NCBI GenBank assembly: GCA_965217775.1
Contig: CBDCJH010000002.1
Coordinates: 4,864,001 to 4,928,000 of the forward strand
Length of the DNA: 64,000 nucleotides
From: Acidobacteriota bacterium
Lineage (GTDB): Bacteria; Acidobacteriota; UBA6911; RPQK01; JAJDTT01
Reading direction: 5' to 3'
Part shown: piece by piece, positions 1 to 9,309 of the stretch
Numbering within the stretch: position 1 is the stretch's first letter
Layout: each line of letters starts with the position of its first letter
Program-made: the position numbers and the translations under genes
The notes under the pieces: model-generated
What the model was told of the DNA's origin: nothing
The model's input: the letters and a program-made list of their open reading frames with translations, nothing else
Databases searched by the model: none

Positions 1-2
1 TC

Positions 3-1679
3 GGCATCGAGAGCGGCCGCGAAGTGCGTCTCACGCAGGACGGCGGCGGTGAGTCGATCAACGGCAAATTGAACTGGTTGTACCAGGAGGAACTCTACGG
101 CCGGGGCAACTTCAAGGGTTACTGGTGGAGTCCCGATTCATCCCACCTGGCCTTTTTGCAGTTGGACGAGTCGCCGGTGCCGACCTTCACGCTGCTCGAT
201 TACGAGCCACTCTACCCGTCCACACGGACGACCCGCTACCCCAAGGCCGGAGACCCCAACCCTCGGGCGCGCATCGGCGTGGTCCCGGTCTCCGGCGAGG
301 CCGTCCGCTGGATCCAGAACGGTCCGGACGACGACCGCCTGGTGGTCCGGGCCGGTTGGAGCCCGGATGGAGACGCCGTCGTTTTCCAGGAGCAGGACCG
401 GGTCCAGACCCGGTTGGACCTGAAGCTGTACCGGCTCTCGTCGCGAAGCACGACTGCGCTGTTGCGGGAGGAGGGCGTGGCCTGGGTCGAGGTTCTGGCC
501 GAACCGAACTGGCTGGCGGACGATTCCTTCCTCTGGATGAGCGATCGTAGCGGCTGGCGGCATCTTTACCGCTACCAGTCCGACGGCACCCTCATCGGAC
601 CGGTCACAAGCGGACAATGGAACGTCTTCGACCTCCTCCACCACTCTCTCGAGAACGGGGAGATCTACTTTACGGCGGACCGGGACGGCCCCGGTGAGAG
701 ACACCTTTACCGTTCGAGCCTGAACGGCGGATCGGTGGTACGCGTTTCCCGGGAACCGGGAACCCATCGGCCCCGGTTGAATGACCAGGGTTCGCTCTAT
801 CTCGACACCTGGAGCGACATCGACACCCCACCCCGGCTGAGCGTTCATGACGTGACGGGAACGCTCTTGCGGGAAATCCATCCCAGCCGCCGGGAGAACC
901 TGGAGAAGTTTCGACTCTCTACTCCGCGGTTTCTGCAGGTGCCGACCCGGGACGGGTTCCTCATGGAGGCCATGATGATCCTGCCCCACGACTTCGATCC
1001 TGCTCGAAAGTATCCGGTTCTGGCCTATGTCTACGGTGGTCCGGGCATGCCCCGGGTCGGCAGGAGATGGGGCGGAACCAACCACCTCTGGCACCAGCTC
1101 ATGGCCCAGGAGGGCTATCTGATCTGGATCTGCGACAACCGAAGCGCCAGTGGGAAGGGCGCCGGTTCGGCGTGGTCCGTGTATCGAAACTTCGGCAGCC
1201 AGGAGCTGCGCGACCTGGAAGACGGCCTGAAATGGCTGGGGAAGCGGACCTTTGTGGATTCGGATCGAATCGGCATCTGGGGCTGGAGCTTCGGCGGTTA
1301 CCTGGCCAGCTTTGCGCTGACCCACAGCGACAACTTTCGGATCGGGATTGCGGGGGCACCGGTAACCGACTGGAGGCTTTACGACACCATCTACACGGAG
1401 CGGTACATGGGGCTTCCAAAGGACAATCCGGAGGGCTACCGGAAGAGTTCGGTGCTGGAGGCGGCCGGCGACCTGCGGGGCAAGCTGCTTCTGATCCACG
1501 GAGGGCTGGACGACAATGTCCATCTCCAGAACACGCTCCGGCTGGCCCATCGCCTCCAGGAAGAGGGAAAGGACTTCCAGATGATGATCTATCCCCGTGC
1601 CCGGCATGGGGTGAGGGACAAGGAGCAAATCCACCACCTCCGGCGGCTGATGACCCGATTCATCCTGGAGAACCTCTGA
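3..1679 (+). CDS. S9B dipeptidyl peptidase IV family serine peptidase (5' truncated by window edge)
   Basis: DPP IV N-terminal propeller motifs (WLYQEE, WWSPD, YPKAGDPNP), catalytic GWSFGG, DDNVH and C-terminal His; frame is open from the window start. Confidence 0.93.
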   Translation, partial: GIESGREVRLTQDGGGESINGKLNWLYQEELYGRGNFKGYWWSPDSSHLAFLQLDESPVPTFTLLDYEPLYPSTRTTRYPKAGDPNPRARIGVVPVSGEAVRWIQNGPDDDRLVVRAGWSPDGDAVVFQEQDRVQTRLDLKLYRLSSRSTTALLREEGVAWVEVLAEPNWLADDSFLWMSDRSGWRHLYRYQSDGTLIGPVTSGQWNVFDLLHHSLENGEIYFTADRDGPGERHLYRSSLNGGSVVRVSREPGTHRPRLNDQGSLYLDTWSDIDTPPRLSVHDVTGTLLREIHPSRRENLEKFRLSTPRFLQVPTRDGFLMEAMMILPHDFDPARKYPVLAYVYGGPGMPRVGRRWGGTNHLWHQLMAQEGYLIWICDNRSASGKGAGSAWSVYRNFGSQELRDLEDGLKWLGKRTFVDSDRIGIWGWSFGGYLASFALTHSDNFRIGIAGAPVTDWRLYDTIYTERYMGLPKDNPEGYRKSSVLEAAGDLRGKLLLIHGGLDDNVHLQNTLRLAHRLQEEGKDFQMMIYPRARHGVRDKEQIHHLRRLMTRFILENL

Positions 1680-1771
1680 AGATCGCCGCGCGGGAGGTTC
1701 CGGAATCCTGCATTTCTCCTTCAGATTCGAGGCCCGAAGTCGGTCGGGATCACCTCCCGGCGTGCGGCCAA

Positions 1772-1814
1772 CTTTCTTCTCTCATTCCTCACTCCTCTCT
1801 TCTCACTTCTCTTC
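1772..1814. repeat. Degenerate pyrimidine-rich heptamer tandem array (TCCTCAC/TTCTCTC-like)
   Basis: ctttcttctctcattcctcactcctctcttctcacttctcttcc seen directly; similar arrays at 38604, 38828, 50592 and 50730. Confidence 0.55.
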
Positions 1815-1856
1815 CAGCCCCTTGCCCGCCGGGAAACGCCCTGCAAGAATGTGCCG

Positions 1857-3173
1857 ATGACCCTTTCGGAATGGCAATCCAGGATCGAATTCCGGTACCG
1901 GGAGCGCACGCCCAGGTCGGGCGAGTTGTTTCGGGAAGCCCTGCGTTTCCTTCCCGGCGGCGATACGCGGCTGGGCACCAGTTTCCCCCCGCACCCCTCC
2001 TATATGGTTCGAGGGGAGGGGAGCTACCTGCATGACGTGGACGGCAATCGAATCCTGGATTTCACCAACAACGCCACCACGCTCATCCACGGACATTCCC
2101 ACCCGGAGATCTCCGAGACCATTCGAAGCCAGGCCGGGCGGGGCACCGGGTGGGCGGCGCCCAACCCTCACCAGGTGGAACTGGCCCGGTTGCTCTGCCA
2201 CAGGCTGCCCTCGGTAGACCGCATCCGCTTCTGCAATTCGGGCACCGAAGCCAACATGCAGGCGATCAAGGTGGCGCGAGCCTTCACCGGACGCGACGTC
2301 ATTCTGAAGATGGCGGGCGCCTATCACGGGACCTACGAAGGAACGGAGTTCAGTCGGGCGGATGACGGGAGGCCCCTGGCGCTGGTCACCGGGATTCCAA
2401 GTAACGAGGGGGACAACGTGCTGGTGGCCCCCTTCGGGGACGAGCCGACGGCCCGAACCCTGATGGAGACCCATCGTGAACGTTTGGCGGCAGTCGTCGT
2501 GAATCCGGTGATGACGCAAGGAGGCCTGGGGCTGCCCCCGGAGGGCTATCTCCAGTTCCTGCGGGAGACGACGCGGCGCTTGGGCATCCTGCTCATTTTC
2601 GATGAGGTCATCACCTTCCGAGTCTCCTCCGGCGGGGGTCAGGAACACTACGGCGTGGTCCCCGATCTCACGGCCCTGGGCAAGATCATCGGCGGCGGGC
2701 TGCCCGTCGGGGCCTTCGGGGGGAGAGAAGACATCATGGCCCTCTTCGCCGACGGCCCGACACCCTCCGTGTCCCATGCCGGCACCCTCAACGGCAATCC
2801 GCTCACCTCTGCCGCGGGCTTGAAGGCCATGGAGATGCTCACGCCCGAGGCCTTCGAACACCTGAGCCGCCTGGGGAGATCGCTCCGTGACGAGCTCAAC
2901 CAGGTCGTTCAGGATCTGCAACTCCCCTTGGAGGTGAACCGGATCGCTTCCCTGGTCAGCCTGGACCTGGCGGCTCACCTTCGGTCCGATCCGCAGACCC
3001 TGGAGAGGGGAGCTCGGATCATGTCGCTGGTCCATCTGGCTCTGCTGAACCGCGGGATCAAGGTCTACGCCCTGTATGCGCTCACCACGGTCATGGGAAA
3101 GGCGGAGGTCCGGATCCTGAGCGAAAACCTGCGAGAGGTGCTGGAAGAGGCCCGTCCCTTGCTTCCCTGCTGA
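1857..3173 (+). CDS. Class III PLP aminotransferase, glutamate-1-semialdehyde aminomutase-like
   Basis: DVDGNRILDF, FCNSGTEA, LLIFDEVITFR, DLTALGKIIGGGLPVGAFGG (PLP Lys), HAGTLNGNP; alternative GTG start at 1851. Confidence 0.9.
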   Translation: MTLSEWQSRIEFRYRERTPRSGELFREALRFLPGGDTRLGTSFPPHPSYMVRGEGSYLHDVDGNRILDFTNNATTLIHGHSHPEISETIRSQAGRGTGWAAPNPHQVELARLLCHRLPSVDRIRFCNSGTEANMQAIKVARAFTGRDVILKMAGAYHGTYEGTEFSRADDGRPLALVTGIPSNEGDNVLVAPFGDEPTARTLMETHRERLAAVVVNPVMTQGGLGLPPEGYLQFLRETTRRLGILLIFDEVITFRVSSGGGQEHYGVVPDLTALGKIIGGGLPVGAFGGREDIMALFADGPTPSVSHAGTLNGNPLTSAAGLKAMEMLTPEAFEHLSRLGRSLRDELNQVVQDLQLPLEVNRIASLVSLDLAAHLRSDPQTLERGARIMSLVHLALLNRGIKVYALYALTTVMGKAEVRILSENLREVLEEARPLLPC

Positions 3174-3186
3174 GCGGAGGAGTTTC

Positions 3187-4110
3187 ATGTCGATTCAGAC
3201 TGTTCTGGGGCCCATTGAACCCGCAGATCTGGGCGTCACGCTCATGCACGAGCACACCCTGGTGGACGCCTGGGAATGGGGAGGGCGCCTGGGATACGAC
3301 AGCACGGTGGACGACGAGGAGCTGCTGGTAGAGGAACTGGCCTTCTATCGCGACGCCGGGGGCTCCGCCCTGGTGGACGTGACCCCCATCGGACTCCGGC
3401 GCGATCCGGCCGGGATGCGAAGGCTGGCCCAGGCCACCGGACTCCACATCATCATGGGATGCGGCTGGTACCGGGAACGCGTCTATCCGGCCTACATTCA
3501 TGAGCTCAGCACCAATGCCCTGGCCGACATGCTGGTGAAGGAGTTGGAAGAGGGGGTGGAGGGCGGCATTCGGCCGGGCATCATCGGCGAGATCGGAACC
3601 GAGCGATTCCACGTCACTCCGGCGGAGGAAAAAGTGTTCCGGGCGGCCGCCCGGGCCCAACGGGAGACCGGCGCCACCGTGACCACCCACACCACCCATT
3701 TCGGCGACCTGGCCCACGAGCAGATGGACATCCTGATGGAGGAGGGGGTGCCGCCGGAACGGATCGTGATCGGACATCTGGGAGAACGGCGCGGCGTCAA
3801 GGGCGAGCTGGCCATCGCCGAGAGGGGCGTCTACGTGGAGATCGACCACGTCGGCCGCGGCGCCAGCGCCGGAACCCAGCCGGAATGGAGAAGGGCCCGG
3901 AACGTGGCCGAGTTGGTTCAGGCCGGCTACCTGGAGCGGGTTCTCATCTCCATGGACATCTGCGCCAACTCCCTGCTGCACTGGAACGGCGGACACGGAT
4001 TCGACTATATCCTGACCACCTTCGTCCCCCTGCTCCGGGAAGAAGGACTCACCGAGGAGCAGATCCGGATCATCCTGGTGGACAACCCGATCCGGGTATT
4101 GGATTACTGA
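3187..4110 (+). CDS. Phosphotriesterase-family (PHP/lactonase-like) metallohydrolase
   Basis: IQTVLGPI..LGVTLMHEH, DVTPIGLRRD, GIIGEIG (Glu-bridged type), ISMD, DNPIRVL. Confidence 0.92.
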   Translation: MSIQTVLGPIEPADLGVTLMHEHTLVDAWEWGGRLGYDSTVDDEELLVEELAFYRDAGGSALVDVTPIGLRRDPAGMRRLAQATGLHIIMGCGWYRERVYPAYIHELSTNALADMLVKELEEGVEGGIRPGIIGEIGTERFHVTPAEEKVFRAAARAQRETGATVTTHTTHFGDLAHEQMDILMEEGVPPERIVIGHLGERRGVKGELAIAERGVYVEIDHVGRGASAGTQPEWRRARNVAELVQAGYLERVLISMDICANSLLHWNGGHGFDYILTTFVPLLREEGLTEEQIRIILVDNPIRVLDY

Positions 4111-4148
4111 TTCCTCAATCTCGAATTCTTGCGTAAATAGACGAAGAC

Positions 4149-4188
4149 GTAGGGATACCCCTTGTGTGCCCTCTTCGGTCCAAAACGG
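4149..4188 (+). repeat. GTAG-type REP-like palindrome (degenerate)
   Basis: gtagggataccccttgtgtgccctcttcggtccaaa matches the reverse complement of 55975-56014 and resembles 48163-48187. Confidence 0.6.
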
Positions 4189-4213
4189 AGCCAGATGGGG
4201 CCAGATGAAGAGG

Positions 4214-4378
4214 CGGCGTCTGGAAAGCCGCCGCTCCGGCGAAGAGATTTTGGTTCCGGCTATGCCGGGTTGGGAAACACGTCGGGGGGAAGAGGGATTT
4301 GGAGGGGGGCTGTTGGATGCCCGGTCGCTTTTCGGCTGCTTGTTATTCTGGAGTTCGGCGGTTGGAAACCGCCGCTCC
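4214..4378. repeat. Two GGAG-type REP-like hairpins (cggcg..tggaaa.ccgccgctcc) between convergent genes; possible terminator role
   Basis: cggcgtctggaaagccgccgctcc (4214-4237) and ggagttcggcggttggaaaccgccgctcc (4350-4378). Confidence 0.55.
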
Positions 4379-4384
4379 TGGCGG

Positions 4385-5170
4385 CTAGGAAGCCGGCGGT
4401 CGCAGGTCGGCGATGACCGGGGCGTGGTCCGAGGCGGTCATGCCCTCCTTCTTCTTCCTGTAGTCGCGGTCGATCTCCACCTGGCGCAGCCGTTCCGCCA
4501 GCGCCGGGGTCGACAGCAGAAAATCGATTCGGAGGCCCCGGTTCCGGTGGAATGACCCTCCCCTATAGTCCCACCAGGAGAACTTCCGTTCCCGGGGGAA
4601 GCGCTCCCGGTAAAGATCCACCAGTCCCCAGTCCAACAATCGCCGGAATCGATCTCTTTCCTCGTCCGTGTGGAAGATCTTTCCCCCGAGCTCCTCTTCG
4701 TTCCAGGTGTCCAACGGGGTGGGGCAGATGTTGAAGTCCCCGCAGAGGACGAGGGACTCGGAAACGTGGTGTCGCGCCTCCAGGTAGGACAGGAGCGCAT
4801 CGTACCAGGAGAGTTTTCTGGGGAAGTCGTCGTGCCCGACGTGCTTGCCGTTGGGGCAGTAGACGGTGATGAAGGTGACGCCGGCCACGCGGGCACTCAC
4901 CAGGCGGGTCCCCAGATGCTCTTGTCCCGGCAGCCCCGACTGAAGCGTCTCGGCCGGTTCCCGGCTCAATATGGAGACGCCGTTCCAGGCCTTGGACGCA
5001 TGGACCACCGCCTGATAGCCCCGGGCCCGGAATTCGGCGTGGGGGAAGAGCTTTTCGTGCATCTTCAACTCCTGCAGCCCCACCAGGTCGGGACGGCGGG
5101 AATCGAGCCAGTGAAAAACGTAGTCGAGACGGGCTCGAAGCCCGTTGATGTTCCAGGTCGCGATCCGCAT
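4385..5170 (-). CDS. xth: Exodeoxyribonuclease III
   Basis: MRIATWNINGLRAR, LQELK, VYCPNG, GDFN, FSWWDYR, GLRIDF, SDHAPV. Confidence 0.95.
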   Translation of the reverse strand: MRIATWNINGLRARLDYVFHWLDSRRPDLVGLQELKMHEKLFPHAEFRARGYQAVVHASKAWNGVSILSREPAETLQSGLPGQEHLGTRLVSARVAGVTFITVYCPNGKHVGHDDFPRKLSWYDALLSYLEARHHVSESLVLCGDFNICPTPLDTWNEEELGGKIFHTDEERDRFRRLLDWGLVDLYRERFPRERKFSWWDYRGGSFHRNRGLRIDFLLSTPALAERLRQVEIDRDYRKKKEGMTASDHAPVIADLRPPAS

Positions 5171-5233
5171 GTGTGCAGCCCCGCGGCCAGTTTACAACGC
5201 AACCGGCGGGAATGCCGAATCGAGAGACGGGAA

Positions 5234-6316
5234 TCAGGAATCGGAGGAAAAAGTGCTGCCCGCTTCCCGGTCCGCTTCCCGGTCCGGAAGGTGGATCACG
5301 GTCCCGGTTCGTGACGCCTCCAACATGGCTGTCACGGCCTCCACGCCGGCGCGTCCGTCCGGTCCCGATCCGATCCGGCTGGGCTTGCCTTCGATGGCGT
5401 CGCGAAAGGCCCGGAGTTGGCGCTCGTACGCTCTGAGGCGCGCCGGGCTGAGGGGAACGTCGGCGGCGACGAACCGGGCCGCGGGCTGGGTGGAGACCGT
5501 GCACCAGGTTCCTCCGGCCGCCAGTTTCAGGTCCCCGAAGGGATCCAGGTCCATCAGGCCTTTTGAGCCCATGATCCTGAGACGAAAGGATTCGCCGGGA
5601 AATCCCGGATCCGCCACCACGTTGGTGGAGTAGAGGCTGAGCAGGGCGCCGTTGTGGAAGCTCACCAGAGCCAGCGTCGTGTTCTCCACGGGGGCCCGGG
5701 TCAGAAAGTTGCGGGAAAGCGCGCTCACGGTGGCGACCTCCGTCCCCATGCACCAGCGGAGCAGGTCGATGCCGTGAGGCGCCGAGTTCAGGACGTGGCC
5801 GAGGCTGGCCGGATCGTCCCACCATTCCCATCCTCCGCCGTCCCGCAGAGAGGCCTCGGTCAACATGGTGGTCTGGATGGTCAGGACGCGGCCGATGGCC
5901 CCCTCCCGGATGAGGCGCCGGGCTTCCACGTTGTTTCGCCGAAACCGTTGATGATAGCCCACGGCCAGGGTGACGGATCGGCTGCGCGCGGCATCGATCA
6001 TGCGGTCGCAATCGGACACCGAGGTGGCCAGGGGTTTCTCCACCAGCACGTGTCTACCCGCTGCGATGGAAGCCAGCGCATCCCGGACGTGAACATGGTG
6101 GGGAGTGGTGACGATGACGGCATCCACGTCGGAGCGGCGAACCAGACGATCCACGTCCGGCTCCCAATCGATTCCGTACCGGTCGGCCAGTCCTTGCGCC
6201 CGGCGGCCACCGGTCACCGCAACCAGCCTGAGCCCGGGCACCGCGCGCACCGCCTCGGCATGGGTCCTCCCCATGAACCCCGAGCCCGTGATTCCGATAC
6301 CCGGATCGCGCCTCAT
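5234..6316 (-). CDS. Gfo/Idh/MocA family oxidoreductase
   Basis: GITGSGFMG, TTPHHVH, HVLVEKPLA, HGIDLLRW. Confidence 0.9.
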   Translation of the reverse strand: MRRDPGIGITGSGFMGRTHAEAVRAVPGLRLVAVTGGRRAQGLADRYGIDWEPDVDRLVRRSDVDAVIVTTPHHVHVRDALASIAAGRHVLVEKPLATSVSDCDRMIDAARSRSVTLAVGYHQRFRRNNVEARRLIREGAIGRVLTIQTTMLTEASLRDGGGWEWWDDPASLGHVLNSAPHGIDLLRWCMGTEVATVSALSRNFLTRAPVENTTLALVSFHNGALLSLYSTNVVADPGFPGESFRLRIMGSKGLMDLDPFGDLKLAAGGTWCTVSTQPAARFVAADVPLSPARLRAYERQLRAFRDAIEGKPSRIGSGPDGRAGVEAVTAMLEASRTGTVIHLPDREADREAGSTFSSDS

Positions 6317-6396
6317 TGACGCCTGAGTCTACCAACCTGCCGCAGTTCCCGGAGCAACGGATCTCACCGCTTTTGGTATACTTTCCGGCAACTCTC

Positions 6397-9198
6397 ATGC
6401 GTGCATTTCTATCTTTACTTATCGGTTTCGCGGTTTCCGCTCCTTCGCTGCCGGCCCAGGATGCCGAGGCGACGGAGTTCTTCGAGAAACGGATCCGTCC
6501 GGTGCTGGCCAACAAGTGCCAAGCCTGCCATAACTCCGGCCTCAAGACCGGCGGGTTGGATCTGTCCAGCGCCGAGGGATTCGCCAGCGGCGGCCAGAAT
6601 GGCCCGGTGGTCTCTTCAGAGGCGCCCGCGGAAAGCCGGATCCTGGAAGTGATCCGATACCAGGATCGAATCAAGATGCCTCCCGGCGGAATGCTGCCCG
6701 AGGACGAGATCGCTTCCCTGGCGGACTGGGTCCGGACCGGCGCTCAATGGCCCGGAGTCCCCGACCCGGATGCACCGTCGGTTGCGGCCCACGGGGGAGA
6801 CCGATTCACGGCGGAAGAGCGAAAATTCTGGGCCTTTCAGAAGGTCCGGGATCCGGAACCGCCCCCAGTGGAAGATGTGGACTGGGTCCGGTCTCCGGTG
6901 GACCGCTTCGTTCTGGCCAGGCTGGAAGCGGCCAACCTGCGACCGGCCGCTCCAGCGTCCGGACTCGCTCTGTTGCGGAGAGCGAGCTACGCTCTCATCG
7001 GTCTGCCTCCCAGCGAAAAACAGATTGCTGAATTCCTGAGTGACGACTCGCCCCGGGCTTTCGAGAAGATGGTGGACCAACTGCTGGCTTCTCCCCGGTA
7101 CGGGGAGCGGTGGGGACGCCATTGGCTCGACGTGGCTCGTTATGCCGACTCCACCGGCAACGACGAGGATCACCGTTACCCCTACGCGTGGCGTTACCGC
7201 GACTACGTCGTCGACGCGTTCAACCAGGACCGGCCCTACGACGAATTCCTCACGGAGCAGTTGGCCGGTGACCTGCTCCACACCGGCGAATCGATCGAGA
7301 AGCGGCGCCGCGGGATCGTCGCCACCGGGTTCCTGGCCCTGGGCCCCAAGGCGCTGGCGCAACAGGACAAGCAGCGGATGCTCTACGATGTCTGGGACGA
7401 GCAGTTGGACGTGGTCTCCAAGGGTTTCCTGGGACTCACCGTGACCTGTGCCCGCTGCCACGACCACAAGTTCGATCCCATCCCCACCCAGGACTACTAC
7501 TCCCTGCTCGGCATGTTCGCCAGCACCCGCAGTTTCACAGCCATGGGCAAGACTGTCTCCAAGCTCCTGTTCACACCGCTGGTCCCCGAGGACGAGTACC
7601 AGGCGTACAAGGACCACAAGGAGTCGATCGGCAACAAGAAAATCGAGACCGAAGACGTCGTCGACCAGGAACTTCAAGCCTACGTGTCCCAGTTGAGTCC
7701 CCGCCTGGCCGACTACATGCTGGCTGCCGGCAAAGCCGGCGGACCCGAGCAGGCCGAGGCGCTGGCGGCGGCAAACGATCTGGAGGCTCCCATTCTGAGA
7801 AAGTGGATCGCCTACCTCCAGCCGCGTGAGGTCCGAAGGCCCCACTTGGACGAGTGGCGGCAGGCTTCCGATACGAACCCTGCCCAGACGGCAGAGTCCT
7901 ACCAGATCCGGTTCCAGGAGCGTCTGGAGGAATGGAACGAAACCCTCCGAAAGTGGCGGGAGCGGGTCCGCCGGATGCTCAAGGAGATGAACATGCCGCC
8001 GCCGCCGAAGCCCACCTTCGAGCCGGGGCGCGACCGCTTCTTCCACGAAGTCTACTTCGCCGACAAGGGACCGTTCTTCCTGGAGGAGAAGGCCCAGGAG
8101 AAGATCTTCTCTCAAGAGTCCAACCGGCTTCTGGCACTCTACCGCCGGGAACTGAAACAACTGGAAGAGATTTTGCCTCCCGAACCAGCCATGGCCTGCG
8201 CGGTCGAGGAAGGAGATCCGGTCCGGCAACGAGTCTTCGTCCGGGGGGACTACAACAATCTGGGCGAGGAGGCGCCCAAGCGGTTCCCCCTGATTCTGGC
8301 GGGGGCGGAACAGAAACCGATTTCCGCAGGCAGCGGCCGCATGGAGCTGGCTCACTGGTTGACCGAACCGGAGCATCCTCTGACGGCCCGGGTCATGGTC
8401 AATCGAATCTGGCAATGGCACTTCGGACAGGGTCTGGTGCGAACGCCCAACAATTTCGGCAAGTTGGGCACCCCTCCCACCCATCCTCAACTGTTGGACT
8501 ATCTGGCTCGCCGCTTCATCCGGGAAGGGTGGTCCATCAAGAAGATGCACCGCCTGATCATGAGTTCGGCCACCTACCGAATGGGCAGCCGCATGACACC
8601 GGACAAGAGTCTGCGGGACCCGCAGAACCAGCTTCTCTCCCGATTCGAGAGGCGCCGCCTCGAGGTCGAAGAGATCCGGGACGGGCTGCTTTCCTTGGAC
8701 GGTTCCCTGGACCTGACCATGGGCGGAACCCTGCAATCCGGATTCGGCACCGACACCGAGAACAGCAACGCCCGTCTGAGCCTGAAGCCCGAGACGGTCC
8801 GCCGGAGGATGGTCTATCTGCCCCTCCGCCGTGCCAACCTCCCGACACTCCTGAACCTGTTCGACTTCGGCGACGCCACCACCAGCATGGGCAAACGGAC
8901 ACACACCAACGTCGCTCCTCAGGCCCTGTTCATGATGAACAGCGAGTTCGTGGCCGATCGGGCCCGGAACCTGGCGACCCGGCTGGAAAAGGAGGAGGCC
9001 GACTCGGCCAAGCGCATCGATCGAGCTTATCTCATCACCCTGAACCGGATGCCGGAAGCGGAGGAGCGGCAAGCCGCGCTGGCCTATCTCGGTGACTTCA
9101 CGGGAAAATTCGGAGGGCCGGAGGCGCCGGGTCTGGATGCCTGGGGCAGCTTCTGCCGGATCCTGATGGGGTCCAACGACTTCATGTATGTTGACTAG
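6397..9198 (+). CDS. Planctomycete cytochrome c / DUF1549 / DUF1553 (PSD1) domain protein
   Basis: Signal peptide, FFEKRIRPVLANKCQACH, MPP, SPRYGERWGRHWLDVARYAD, CARCHDHKFDPI, TARVMVNRIWQWHFGQGLV, PQALFMMN; ATG 6397 preferred over TTG 6316. Confidence 0.92.
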   Translation: MRAFLSLLIGFAVSAPSLPAQDAEATEFFEKRIRPVLANKCQACHNSGLKTGGLDLSSAEGFASGGQNGPVVSSEAPAESRILEVIRYQDRIKMPPGGMLPEDEIASLADWVRTGAQWPGVPDPDAPSVAAHGGDRFTAEERKFWAFQKVRDPEPPPVEDVDWVRSPVDRFVLARLEAANLRPAAPASGLALLRRASYALIGLPPSEKQIAEFLSDDSPRAFEKMVDQLLASPRYGERWGRHWLDVARYADSTGNDEDHRYPYAWRYRDYVVDAFNQDRPYDEFLTEQLAGDLLHTGESIEKRRRGIVATGFLALGPKALAQQDKQRMLYDVWDEQLDVVSKGFLGLTVTCARCHDHKFDPIPTQDYYSLLGMFASTRSFTAMGKTVSKLLFTPLVPEDEYQAYKDHKESIGNKKIETEDVVDQELQAYVSQLSPRLADYMLAAGKAGGPEQAEALAAANDLEAPILRKWIAYLQPREVRRPHLDEWRQASDTNPAQTAESYQIRFQERLEEWNETLRKWRERVRRMLKEMNMPPPPKPTFEPGRDRFFHEVYFADKGPFFLEEKAQEKIFSQESNRLLALYRRELKQLEEILPPEPAMACAVEEGDPVRQRVFVRGDYNNLGEEAPKRFPLILAGAEQKPISAGSGRMELAHWLTEPEHPLTARVMVNRIWQWHFGQGLVRTPNNFGKLGTPPTHPQLLDYLARRFIREGWSIKKMHRLIMSSATYRMGSRMTPDKSLRDPQNQLLSRFERRRLEVEEIRDGLLSLDGSLDLTMGGTLQSGFGTDTENSNARLSLKPETVRRRMVYLPLRRANLPTLLNLFDFGDATTSMGKRTHTNVAPQALFMMNSEFVADRARNLATRLEKEEADSAKRIDRAYLITLNRMPEAEERQAALAYLGDFTGKFGGPEAPGLDAWGSFCRILMGSNDFMYVD

Positions 9199-9309
9199 AT
9201 CGCATTCCGGGGGCAAGATCGGGAGAAACGCGCTCCACACGGAGCAGGTCCCGGGTCCGGAACCAGGATCGGCCTCGCCCCGGGATTGGAACCTACTTGA
9301 GGTGATCTC

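Noticed and set aside
1857-3173. Calling the aminotransferase hemL
   Set aside because: It is family-level similar only, diverges at typical HemL motifs and is paired with a phosphotriesterase rather than heme genes
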